The notes under the pieces: model-generated
The model's database searches: none
Seen by the model: only the letters and a program-made list of their open reading frames with translations
What the model was told of the DNA's origin: nothing
Program-made: the position numbers and the translations under genes
Source: Acutalibacteraceae bacterium
GTDB taxonomy: Bacteria; Bacillota; Clostridia; Oscillospirales; Acutalibacteraceae
Assembly: GCA_045537575.1 (NCBI GenBank)
Contig: JAZSPU010000006.1
Span: forward strand, 10,814 to 74,813
Direction: 5' to 3'
DNA length: 64,000 nucleotides
Shown: in pieces, positions 46,685 to 57,900 of the stretch
Layout of the letters: every line of letters begins with the position of its first letter
How positions within the stretch are numbered: the first letter of the stretch is position 1

Positions 46685-46918
46685 TTTAAAGGCAAAGATA
46701 AAAGAAAAGTAGCAAATTTACCTTTACTTAGAGAGGCTCCGTTTGGTGAAAGGGGCTGTAAAGGGCTTTTGTGAATACACTTTTTGAGCCGCTTTTGCCG
46801 AGTTATGCCCGTTACAGCATAGTGTTTTTAACACACCGAGGTATGCTTTTGCATATAAATAGAGGTGGTACCGCGAACTTTCGCCCTCTGTCAATATGAC
46901 AGGGGATTTTTATTTTTT
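46685..46918 (+). promoter_or_regulatory. T-box leader (tyrosine specifier) with terminator
   Basis: Stem-I AGAGAG/GGTGAAA elements, specifier context GAA-TAC-A (TAC at 46776-46778), T-box AATAGAGGTGGTACCGCG (46858-46875). Terminator hairpin CCCTCTGTC..GACAGGGG plus a T-run (46885-46918). Confidence 0.9.
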
Positions 46919-46932
46919 TGGAGGAAAAAATT

Positions 46933-48153
46933 ATGGGAATTTATGAAGAACTGGTTGCCCGCGGCCTTATTGCTCAGGTGACAAACGAAAGCGAAATCAG
47001 AGAAATGATAAACAGCGGAAAGGCAACCTTTTATATAGGCTTTGACTGTACCGCAGACAGCCTTACGGCAGGTCACTTTATGGCCCTTACCCTTATGAAG
47101 CTTTTACAGATGGCAGGTAACAAGCCTGTTGCTCTTATCGGCGGCGGCACTACTATGATAGGCGATCCTTCGGGCAGAACCGATATGAGAAAAATGCTCA
47201 CCAAAGAGGATATTGACCACAATGCAGAGTGCTTTAAACGTCAGATGGAGCGTTTTATCGAATTTGGCGAAGGCAAAGCAAAAATGGTTAACAATGCCGA
47301 TTGGCTCTTAAACCTTAATTACGTTGATTTACTTCGTGAAGTAGGCGCTTGTTTCTCAGTAAATAATATGCTCAGAGCAGAATGTTATAAGCAGAGAATG
47401 GAAAAAGGTCTTTCATTCCTTGAATTTAACTATATGATTATGCAGAGCTATGACTTCTATCATCTCTATCAGCACTACGGCTGTAATATGCAGTTCGGCG
47501 GTGACGACCAATGGAGTAATATGCTTGGCGGTACCGAGCTTATAAGAAGAAAGCTTGGCAAAGATGCTCACGCTATGACCATTACCCTTCTTACCGACTC
47601 TCAAGGCAAGAAAATGGGCAAAACCGCAGGCAACGCCGTATGGCTTGATGCAAACAAGACCTCTCCTTATGAATTCTTCCAGTACTGGAGAAACGTGGCA
47701 GACTCTGACGTGCTTAAGTGTATCCGTATGCTGACCTTCTTACCCCTTGAACAGATTGACGAAATGGACAAGTGGGAAGGCAGCGAGCTTAACAAAGCTA
47801 AAGAAATTCTCGCTTACGAGCTTACCAAGCTTGTTCACGGCGAAGAGGAAGCTGAAAAGGCTTTAGCTGCTGCTAAGAATATTTTTGCAGGCGGTAAAGA
47901 CTCTGCCGATATGCCTACCGTTACCCTTAGCGAAGATGATTTGGGCGAAAACGGTATCGGTATTCTTGATATTATGGTTAAAAGCGGTCTTTGCGGTTCT
48001 AAAAGCGAAGCAAGAACCCTTGTTACCCAAGGCGGCGTTAGTGTAAATGATGAAAAGCTTACAGTTCCCGCTACCTTCTACTCTGCCGAGCAGCTTAAAG
48101 CAGGTCTCCTTATTCAGAAAGGTAAAAAGAAATTTATTAAAGTAAATATCTAA
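46933..48153 (+). CDS. tyrS: tyrosine--tRNA ligase
   Basis: HIGH-type motif (TAGH), KMSKS-type KMGKT, C-terminal S4 domain. GGAGG RBS before ATG 46933. Confidence 0.95.
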   Translation: MGIYEELVARGLIAQVTNESEIREMINSGKATFYIGFDCTADSLTAGHFMALTLMKLLQMAGNKPVALIGGGTTMIGDPSGRTDMRKMLTKEDIDHNAECFKRQMERFIEFGEGKAKMVNNADWLLNLNYVDLLREVGACFSVNNMLRAECYKQRMEKGLSFLEFNYMIMQSYDFYHLYQHYGCNMQFGGDDQWSNMLGGTELIRRKLGKDAHAMTITLLTDSQGKKMGKTAGNAVWLDANKTSPYEFFQYWRNVADSDVLKCIRMLTFLPLEQIDEMDKWEGSELNKAKEILAYELTKLVHGEEEAEKALAAAKNIFAGGKDSADMPTVTLSEDDLGENGIGILDIMVKSGLCGSKSEARTLVTQGGVSVNDEKLTVPATFYSAEQLKAGLLIQKGKKKFIKVNI

Positions 48154-48159
48154 AATTCA

Positions 48160-48192
48160 AAACGGGAATGTCAAACGACATTCCCGTTTTTT
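48160..48192. terminator. bidirectional intrinsic terminator
   Basis: Stem AACGGGAATGTC/GACATTCCCGTT with an AAAC loop, followed by TTTTT. Confidence 0.88.
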
Positions 48193-48193
48193 A

Positions 48194-49537
48194 TTACTGC
48201 ATTTGACCTTCGTTAAGTCCGTTTGTTTCCTTAAAACGCACCTCGCAGCCTAGATACTGCTGACACTCGGTAAGGCCTTTTGCTACAAGGTCTTTTGTTC
48301 TTTTATAGGAATTTTTGCCTGTAGAAGAAGAAAGTCCTTTGTTATAAAAAGCGTTTTCATCGGGCAGAGCGTGAAGAATATATTCTGCGTTACTGCCGCT
48401 TCCCGTTTTTTGCACCCAAGCAGGAATAATATCAACACCGCTTAAGACCACCTTGCCGTCACTATATTTATCAAAGGTATAGTAGAAAAGCATACCGTCT
48501 TCGGTGTGTCCCGTAGGACAGTCGGTATAAAGAAGGCTTAGGCGCTGATTTGAAACAGAATTGCCCATAGAATAAAGACAAACTGTTTTTCTTTGTCCGT
48601 CAGAGGAGGTTAAAAGTTCTATAGGCTGAATAACGTGGGGATGTCCGCCTACAATTACGTCAACACCAAGGTCGCAAAGCTTTTGCGCGATTTGCTCCTG
48701 CCAATGATTTTGTTTAAGCTGATATTCGTTACCCCAGTGCATATAGAAAACTATAGCCTCGGCGCCGCTGTTTTTCATATCCTTTATTACTCTTTCAGCT
48801 TCCACATAAAATTCATCCAGTTTTTCATAACAGAAGGAAGCAAGTAAGGGAGCAGCCTCGCTGTTAACTATTCTGCCGTTTATAGATTTTGAGCCGCCGC
48901 CCTGATAAACGTTTTCATAGGTATAACAAGCCATACCGATTTTAATACCCTTTACGTCCTTTACTGTATAAAGAGATTCCTCCAAGGCTTCTCTTGTGCC
49001 GATAAAGGGCATATTTTTTTCCTTTAAAACCTTTGCAGTACGTTTAAGACCGTAAAGTCCCGTATCGTAGCAATGATTGTTTGAAGTAAGAAGCATATCT
49101 ACCCCTGCCGCCTTTATATCGTCAATAAGGTCGTCCGGCGTATTAAAAGAAGGATATCCTTTATAGCTTCCCGATTCGGTTCCGCCAAGGGTTACTTCAA
49201 GATTTGCTATAGTAAGGTCTGCTTTATTAAAATAAGTGGAAACCTCGCGGTATAAAGGAGAAAAATCGTATCCGTCACCTTCCTTTGCCGCAGTCAGCAA
49301 GGGGGAGTGTATAAGAATATCTCCCGTATTTAAAACCGTGGCGGTGGATACAACGTAAGGCTCCTCGGGTTCGCTTGATATATTGTCCTTTTCTAAGGAT
49401 AAATCCTCGCCGCCCGAACCTATAAGCTTACTGATTCCGCACCCTGCAAGAGAAATGATACAGCAAAGTACGGCTGCGCAAAGGCATAAAAATAAATTAC
49501 GTCTTAAAATTTTCTGCTTTTTTGTTAACTTCCCCAT
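48194..49537 (-). CDS. CapA-family metallophosphatase-fold lipoprotein
   Basis: Lipobox SLAGC. Motifs SNNHCYDTG and GGHPHVIQP are typical of CapA/PgsA-like proteins. Confidence 0.8.
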   Translation of the reverse strand: MGKLTKKQKILRRNLFLCLCAAVLCCIISLAGCGISKLIGSGGEDLSLEKDNISSEPEEPYVVSTATVLNTGDILIHSPLLTAAKEGDGYDFSPLYREVSTYFNKADLTIANLEVTLGGTESGSYKGYPSFNTPDDLIDDIKAAGVDMLLTSNNHCYDTGLYGLKRTAKVLKEKNMPFIGTREALEESLYTVKDVKGIKIGMACYTYENVYQGGGSKSINGRIVNSEAAPLLASFCYEKLDEFYVEAERVIKDMKNSGAEAIVFYMHWGNEYQLKQNHWQEQIAQKLCDLGVDVIVGGHPHVIQPIELLTSSDGQRKTVCLYSMGNSVSNQRLSLLYTDCPTGHTEDGMLFYYTFDKYSDGKVVLSGVDIIPAWVQKTGSGSNAEYILHALPDENAFYNKGLSSSTGKNSYKRTKDLVAKGLTECQQYLGCEVRFKETNGLNEGQMQ

Positions 49538-49551
49538 TATTTTTTCCCCTA

Positions 49552-50280
49552 TTATTTTGACATATTTTCAATAAATTCTTTACTATTAGCCACAGCCTTT
49601 TGTGATTTTTCATTTTCCTCTAAAAGTGTGCCCTTAATATTTCTTAAGTAAATTTTAACGTCACTCGGAATAGAAATATCCTTATCAAAGGCGCAATTAT
49701 AGTAGCCTTCCTTAAGGGGTGTTCCCTCGTCTTCCAAAACACCGCTGAGATAGTTGTCAAAATATTTACGTCCCATATCGCCGGTTATTATAAGCATACA
49801 CTGGGCATCTGTTACTATAACACTCTGAAGGCGTTGCATCATAGTATTTTGATACTGCGCGGTTGAAGCGCCGGTCTCATAGGTACAGTTTATAACCTGC
49901 ACGTGAACCTCGCCGTCACCGTTATAATCTTTACAGTACTGCGCAAAATAGTCCTGAATTTCAGGAATATACATATCAGCAAGTATTCTGTTATCGTAAA
50001 TAAGGATTTTTAAATCAGGCTTTTTCTTGTTTAAACAAGAGACAGTAGCAAATATAACTACGCTAAGACACAAAACGGTAATTACAATAGCTCTCCAATG
50101 ATAGTAGAAAAAGTGGCTTATTTTTTCACCGAAGGTTTTAGGCTTGATTTCATTTTCGTAAGCCTTATGCTCCCTTTCCCCTTCTTCTAACGCTTTTGCC
50201 TGCATTGCTTTAAGTTCAAGAAAATCCTTTCTCGCTTTATCGCGCTGCGCTAAAGTTTCGCTTTTTTTATTTTCGCTCAT
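49552..50280 (-). CDS. hypothetical single-pass membrane protein
   Basis: Charged coiled N-terminus, one TM segment (AIVITVLCLSVVIFATV), extracytoplasmic domain without recognised motifs. AAGGAG RBS. 3 nt after the LtaS-family stop. Confidence 0.5.
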   Translation of the reverse strand: MSENKKSETLAQRDKARKDFLELKAMQAKALEEGEREHKAYENEIKPKTFGEKISHFFYYHWRAIVITVLCLSVVIFATVSCLNKKKPDLKILIYDNRILADMYIPEIQDYFAQYCKDYNGDGEVHVQVINCTYETGASTAQYQNTMMQRLQSVIVTDAQCMLIITGDMGRKYFDNYLSGVLEDEGTPLKEGYYNCAFDKDISIPSDVKIYLRNIKGTLLEENEKSQKAVANSKEFIENMSK

Positions 50281-50283
50281 AAA

Positions 50284-51846
50284 TTACTCCTTTAAAAATA
50301 TGGCAGGACTTTCCATTTCAAGTATCTGCTCATTATAGAACTGTGATTTTTTCTGAAGCTCTGCGTCAAGGGTTTCAAAGCCGTGCTCCTCGGTCAAGGT
50401 AGGTACGCTTGAGAAAAGATTTGTACCAAGACCTAATTTTTCTCCCTCAATAGTAGCGCCCAAAGCGGCAATGGTTGTGGGAAACAAATCAAAGGTGCCG
50501 AATTTACGGTTTTTCTCCTTTGTGGGCGCAAGGGAAGAATTTATAAAACAGTTATAAACGGTACGTGTATAGTTTTTGTCTATATTCTTTAAGAACTCAG
50601 GGTCCATAGTCAGATGGTCGCCGCATATTACTATAGTTGTATTCTCGTAAAAAGGCTGTTCCTTTATCCAGTCAACAAATTCAAGAACTCTTTTTGATGA
50701 GCAGGAAAGCACGTTAGCGTACTGATTATCCCAATTAGCTTTGCAGTCCTTACATTCATATCCGTCGGGGAAATGCGTATCGGCTGTCAGCATTGTAAAG
50801 TTGAAGGGTTCTGAGCTTTTATAAAGCTTTTCTATCTCTTCCTTAGCAAAATCAAAAAGCTTATCGTCCTCAAAGCCCCACCATTGTCTATAATCCTTAG
50901 GCAGTCTTTTTTCGGCTTTAAGGGAGTTTATATCCACGATGTTCATATCACCGTGTTCGGTAAAATAAGTTTTTCTGCCGCCAAAATCAGCGTCACTGCC
51001 CACAAGCAGAGTTTGATTGTAGCCCTCTTTTTTAAGAATTTCTGCTAAAGTAGTAACACCGGGCATAAAGGAATTTTGTCCGCCGTAGGTTTCACTGGCA
51101 ATGGGCACCTTTATAAGCATACCCGAGGTCTGAGCCACCATAGCAGCCGAAGTCCATGTAGTGCCCGAGTAGGAAAGAGCGCCGCCGAAACTTTCGGTAT
51201 TAGAAAAATTCACATTATCATTGGCAAGTTTTTCAAGCTCGGGAATAAAATTATCGGTAATATTGCCCCCTGCCGAAGTATCGGCATAGGTACATTCCAT
51301 AGATTCCAGCATTATGTATATTAAATTACGCTTCTTTTCGGGGAAGGTTATTTTCACATCACTGGGATTTTTATAATTTTGTATAATAAAATCCGATTCG
51401 GTGGAAGCAACACTTATATAGCTTACCACCTCAAGCTTTGCAACAAACAAAGTTAACGCAACAAGAAGGGTGGAAAGCGCCACGGGCATAGCAATTTTTT
51501 TAACAAAATCTCAAAATTTACTAAGACAGTACCGAGCATATCTTTCATTTGCTTTAAATTTTTTAATAAAACCGCCCAAAAAGAGATACGAAAAAACTTG
51601 GGCAGCAGTAAGCAAAATGGGATACACACCCACCTGTATAACAACACTGCCTGCAAGTGAGCGGTTTGCTCCGTTTGCGGGAGATTTTAACTGAAAAAGA
51701 ATCTGGTCAAGGTAAATATGGTCATATTTCCTTAAAAGCCATATGGTAAAGAAGAAAAGCAAATTACCTAAAAACAGTATTACAAGCCATGCAATAAGTT
51801 TTTTGTTTACCTTTTTATTGTTTGACAACTTTTTCCCTCTCTTCAA
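50284..51846 (-). pseudogene. LTA synthase (LtaS)/sulfatase-family membrane protein interrupted by one in-frame TGA
   Basis: ORFs 51511..51846 and 50284..51489 are in the same frame (357 nt apart). They are separated only by TGA (51513-51511) plus 7 sense codons (DFVKKIA). The sulfatase domain reads ..NLIYIMLESME...GTTWTS...DTHFP... Confidence 0.7.
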
Positions 51847-51860
51847 AAAATACTACCCTT

Positions 51861-51889
51861 ATTTTATATCTTTAAGGTTAAATAGTCAA
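51861..51889 (-). promoter_or_regulatory. sigma-A-type promoter for the LtaS-family operon
   Basis: Minus strand: TTGACT (51889-51884), 17-nt spacer, TAAAAT (51866-51861). Confidence 0.55.
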
Positions 51890-51940
51890 GAGAAGGAAAG
51901 AATATTAACAATTCCGAAACAAAAGTCTCTTTTTTTAGGC

Positions 51941-51978
51941 GCAAAAAAATAGCTGTGTCAGCCGACACAGCTATTTTA
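51941..51978 (-). terminator. intrinsic terminator of the giant adhesin gene
   Basis: Minus strand: stem AATAGCTGTGTC/GACACAGCTATT, followed by TTTTTTT. Confidence 0.85.
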
Positions 51979-51982
51979 TTAA

Positions 51983-54900
51983 TTATTCAGCCTTATTGCT
52001 TTTCTTTCTGTAAACAAGAAGGGCTATAATACCAAGAGCCAGAACACTAGCAATAACCAAAAGAATTGCAATGTGATTTGCGTCTCCTGTTGCAGGGGGA
52101 TCTACAGGTTTTTCGTAGGTGTTAACAAATTTAACACTTCTCTGTGCCTCATCGCCCACCTTGAACTGTGCTGTAGCCACTAAACTACCCTTATTATCGT
52201 CAGCAACGGTAATGATTACGCTGTATTCTCTGGTATCATATACCATGCCGCTTTCGGCCTCGCCGATCTTTTCCTTAACTGTGTAGTTGTAGGTTCCTGC
52301 TTCCTTAAAGGTAAGTGTCTTGAAGGTAATCTTGCCTTCCTCATCGTTCGTCTGAAGATCAAGCTCTGCTCCGTCCTTATCGTAAAGGGCAAACTCGAAC
52401 TCTTTATCTTTAAGCTCTCTGCCTTCCAGAACCTTCGTTGCTTCAAGTGTATAGGTTGCATCTGCAGCGGAATATTCGTTTACAACGATAATTCCGTCGT
52501 TTTCGCTTTCTACCTGAATGTTAAGAACAGTTCTGCCTGTGCTATCCATAGCCTCGGTTACCTTAACGGTAACAACATGTTCCTTGGTATCGTATTTAAT
52601 ACCGTCCTTCTTGCCGTCCTCGGCGCCTTCGGGGAGAACCTCTTTTACTACATAGTAGTATTCTCCTGCTTGAGTATAGGTGAGATAGCTGGTCTTAACC
52701 ACATTACCTTCATCGTCAGTTATATCAATATCCTTAAACTCGAAATTCTTTCCTACGTTAGAAGCGGTAAGAACAGCCTCGCCTACAGCATTTATTTTGC
52801 CGTCAGCACCCTTAAGAGCCTGATAAAGCTCAAAGGTGAACATTCCGTCATTAAGGGTTTTATTATACTGCTTTTCTCCGGTAATCGAAGCCGACTGCTT
52901 TTCGGGTTTAATTTCATTATTAAAGATCACGTCGGTTTGTTCGGTTGTTTCTCCATTAAGAACCTTGGTAATCTCTTTATCAGTTACAAGCTGTCCTGAA
53001 AGGTTATCGGTTACGTCGATTTCCACAATATAATATGCGGCATCGTAAATCATAAGTTCGTCCTTTTCTTCGGGGACAACTTCTTTAATAATGTAGCGGT
53101 AACCGCCTATGGTATCATAGGTGATTGCGCCGAAATTAACATTTCCCTCAGCATCGTTGCTTACAGTCTTTATGAGACTTACAGGTGTTACTTCGCCGTT
53201 AGTAAGTGTTGCAGAATAAAGTTCAAACTCGAATGCCTTTTCTCCAACATACTTAGCAATGCTGTCACCGTAAAGAAGCTTTGTAATTAAAATAGTTTCG
53301 CTGACAGGTTCAACGGAATAGGTGTTGCTAAATGCAATTGCCTTATCATCGGTATCAACCTCTGCAACCAGCGTACCTGTACCGTTATCGGTAACGGTTA
53401 CTACTACAGAGTATTCGGTTCTGTCGTATGTAACACCGCCGTATTTACCGTCTGCATCAATGTTTCTGGGAAGTCTTTCACGTACAGTATAGTTATGAAC
53501 GCCTACCTCGGTATAATTAAGATTAAAGGAGAAGGCTGCATTGTAATCGTCTGTAGGAACTCCGTTATAAACGGTATCAATTACTGTGCCGTTTTCTATT
53601 AGTTCGAAGGCGAATGCACGTGCCTGAAGCTTTCTTATACCGCCTAATAGAGTCTTTGTGCCGTTTATGGTAACACCGGTAGGCTCTGTTTCATAGGTGT
53701 TATTGAAGGTCATTACGTTGACATTCTGACCGTTAAGGGTAATATCATAACCACAGCTGAGCTTACCTGTTGTAGCATCACCGGTAACCTTTACAGTAAT
53801 ATGATATTCCTTTGTATCATATGTTACGCCGTTATACTTATTATCGGTTGCTTCATCGGGTATAATTTCCTTAACCACATAATAATATGTGCCTTCTTTA
53901 TCATAAGAAATCTCACCGAAGCTTACAAAACCACTTGTATCGGAAGTTGCTTCTTTGAACAGGTCACCTGCATTAAAGGAGGAATCGGCATTATAAATTC
54001 CGAAGCGGAAATTATCACCATCACTGATGTCACGTCCCAAAAGGGATTTACTTGCTATAAGGTTGGGAGCTAAAATAACCTTATCGGGAGTAAAGGTATT
54101 TTCAAAGTCTGCGCCGTCAATTTCTGCCACAGCAACAACATTGCCCTCAGAAGCGGTAGCCGAAGCTACTTTGATAACAGTGTCGTTTTCATCCATCAGC
54201 GTAACGGAAATGTTAAAGTAACCGTTATTATCATCAAGCACTACCGTTACGTGATATTCTTTATCAGTATAGTCAACGCCGTGAATATTTCCAACGTTTT
54301 CCTTTAATACGTAATAATGAGTGCCAACCTGAGCAATATCGTCATAAAGCAAAGATATTCTTGCAGTACCTGCAGCGGCAGTTTCGGGGGAAACTTTTAT
54401 AGCGTCGCCTGTTACATTAAATTCATCATTTGCGGGATAAAGGGAGAAGCTATAACCTGCGGGAAGAATATTTGCTGTCTGGTTATAAACATTTTTAACG
54501 GTCTTATTAATATCAATAATAACCTCAGCAGCGCCGTCAACCTTGTAGGTATTGTCAAACTCAGCTATAACGTCTTTGCCGCTGATGGCGGTTTCCGAAA
54601 CATTTACAACCTCGCTTACATAAAGCTTACCCTTTCCGTCATCGGCAACTCTTACAACAAATCTTGCGTAGGTAGTATCGTAAACAATGCCCGATTTAAC
54701 ATTAGCTTCATCAACAACTTCTACTATTCTGTAGTAATAGTTGCCCACGCTATCGTAAACCTCATCCTTGAGGACGTCAACGCTTACGCTGTTTGCACCG
54801 CCCTTAGAATAGTCTATTTCAACTTCTTTAATATCAACATACTTACTGCCGTCAAATTGCTGTACCTTAAAGGTAAAGGTGCCGTTCCAATCAGCCGGAG

Positions 54901-57900
54901 CGCCGCTATTGTCAAGAAGATTTTTATTAATGGTAATATCTATATCTGCCTCATCGGTAGAAGTAGCGCTGTAGGTATTAGTGAAGGAAATGTAATGAAG
55001 CTCTCCTGCCTCTACGGTAACGCTCTGTTCAGCGTTATCAACCGTAAAGCCTTGGGGAAGGTTTATTTCTTTAACCGTAACTACTACATTTTCTTCCAGT
55101 TTTCTGATTACAACCGATTCACTGTGACTAAGTGTAATCACCTTTCCTGCAGCGGTAATGGTATCGGTAGTACCATCTGAGAACATAAGGTTATATGCTT
55201 TTCCTTCTTGTGCGCCCTCTAAAGCGATTTCAAAGGAGAAGTCATCATCAAAGTGGCCTTCAATACTGCTTACCACAGTTTTAGCTATAACAACGTCGCC
55301 TTCCTGCGGAATTGTATTTATAAATTCAGCAGAGGAAATAGTATCTTCAGCAACATTGATAACTGCTTGATTAAGTGTTGTGTCGCCATTAACACTCAAT
55401 ACCTCATATTCCTTACCCTCTGTAAGTTCTCTTACGGTTACAGTCTTTCCGGCAAGTTCTTCGCCCAACAGCCAGAAGGTCTCGCCGTGCTTAAGGAGTA
55501 CGGTATAAGTGCCGTTAAAGTTAATTGTACTTTCGGTTCTTGCGCCAAAAGCATCCTCTTTAATAAGAGTCAGTTCTGAATTCACGTCAGCCGTTACGTT
55601 AAACTCAAAATTCAAGCTCTTGTCGGCAATGGTAGCATCGCTTATTTTGGAAATCTTAATACCCTCATAAGCGTCAAGGGTTAACTTACCGTTATTACCG
55701 AGATAAGAATCCACGTGGTAGTTATTCTTTGTAACACCAACTTCGGGTTCATGTACGAAAGGCATATCGGAATAATTTATTGTATCGGTGACGTTTTCAT
55801 CCTTTTCTCTGCTGTAGTCGCCGAAATAGTGGTGAATGGTACCTGCTTTTACGTACCATGTGTTATCATCGCGACGTGCAAGGTCACTTACATCGGCTAA
55901 AACATATTCGGAAACCTCTTCGTAATACCATTCTGCTCTTACATTGTTGCCGGAACCCTTATAAACAAGAGAACGGTGGTAAAGGGGAGCAGATGCGTTG
56001 TATGTAGGAGCAGAGGTGCCTTTATAAAGGGTACCGTTTCTATCTGTAAAGATTTCGCTGTCCACATTATAATAATAGCGCTCGTTTTCTACTGAAGGTT
56101 CAAACCAAGAAGTAGTGTTTTTGTTGGTATAGTAGCTATAATCATCTATGTTGTGCCACTGGTTAGTATAGAAAATATAGTCACCGTTTTCATCCTTTTC
56201 TAATTCATCAGGAGCGGTGCCTTCGATATCCAAAAGGTCAATATCGCTGTGGAGACCTACTTCATAAAGAAGACGGCTGGGAGCGGTTGCGCCCTTAATG
56301 GTCATAGAAGCAGGATTCTGTGGATCAGTACCATTGAGCTGAATATCGTATTCAACCAACGGAATAAGTGCGGCGGGGAGTCGTCCGATAAGACGGATAT
56401 CACCCACTTCACTTGCATCTGCGTCATGTTCTTTAAGTGTAGTACGAACCAATATGGTAGCGTACATCATATCGGTTTTTCTATAGCCTTCGCCTACAGC
56501 GTCATAGTAGCCATAGGATTTATTTGCAAATACAGCTCTATCCTTTAAATTAGCAGGAACAGCTTCGGGGGAATCATCTTTACCGTCCCAGAAGCCTACG
56601 TACTTGCCATCCTCATCGGCATACCAACCGATATAGTTGCTATACTCTCCGGTTTCGGCATTGTAGTAAAGCTGACCTGTCTGATAAGCGCTGTTTATAA
56701 GCTGACGGGCTACAGCCGCATTCTCAATTCCCATACGTTGCATAACAGCCCATACCATATTATCACCGGCTTCGGTGGGGTTCTGTTCAGTACCCATACC
56801 GCCGCTGTAAAGCATTCTGGCTAAAGTGGAGCCGTCGTAAAGAGTGCTGCCTAACTGAATACCCTTGACAGCCTTAACTTCCATATTTTTGCCGATATAA
56901 TCTTCAAATTCAAGGAAGCCGTCGTGCTCAATACCTACATTACCGTCAACAAGTGTGGGGTAATAAAGGGACTGAATAACGATTTGCTCTACTATGCTGT
57001 TAAACGCCTGAGTAAGCTGACTTGAGCTACTTGCGGGGAAATATTTGGTTACATAATCCTCGCTCCAGCCCTTTTCGGCATTAACGGGAGCAGTATAGGT
57101 AACGCTCTTATTTTGGGTGTTGCTTGTTGTTATAGGAACATTCATAGTCTTGTTCTGCTTATTAGCAAGATCTTTAAAGGTGTTCCAGTAGTTATCGGTG
57201 GAAGTATTGTTAGAAGGATCAAGGAGACTCAACGCAGGTGCCAAACCATCCACACTCAGACCTAAAGTATAGAAAAGAGCCTCGTTATCATACTTCTTTT
57301 CTATTTTATCCTTTGCCCAGGATGCAGTAAGCTGAGTAAGGAAGGAAATACCGTTACTCTGATAGCTTGAACCACCGTCACCGCAATTAGAGGTACCAAT
57401 ATTTGTATAATCGGTTGTCGCGGCAGTAGGACAGCCGTCGGACATAAGCACCATAACGGGCATACGCTTTGTACCAGCCTGAACGCCGTCGGCAACTATA
57501 GTATCCTCTACTTGATCAAACATCTGCTGAGCCTTATATATACCATTCTGAGTATAGGTACCGCCCTGAACTCTAAGGCTACTGTTGGAATCTAAACTGC
57601 CAACGCCGACAGCCTCGGTACCGGTAACGCCGGCAGCCACCTTAACGCCGTCTCTGGCAGAATAATTCTGCCTCCAGGAAGACACAAGATAAACTCTACT
57701 ATTGTCGTCAGCAATACCCTTGTTCCATCTGCCAAGCGGCAAAATAACGGTAGCAGTGTTGGTAGAAGAATCAGCCAATTGTGAATTACCGTTAAAGGCG
57801 ATAACACCAACGCGGTTGTTAGCATTAAGGCTTAAAAGGGTTTCAATAGCACTGTTTGCGGAATCAACCATAGTAACGTAGGGGTCAGTACCATAGGACA

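Noticed and set aside
51511-51513. In-frame TGA in the LtaS-family gene, considered as selenocysteine or as evidence of a reassigned genetic code.
   Set aside because: TGA terminates other well-supported genes here (spoIIE, ktrB-like). I found no SECIS-like hairpin in the following roughly 40 nt. The position is a membrane-proximal linker, not a redox site.
54317-55180. 287-aa ORF antisense to the adhesin gene. Similar antisense ORFs occur at 60865..61677, 14164..14691, 10139..10636 and 37586..38074.
   Set aside because: All lie opposite well-supported genes, lack an RBS and have implausible composition. Long open antisense frames are expected opposite repetitive or GC-biased coding sequence.
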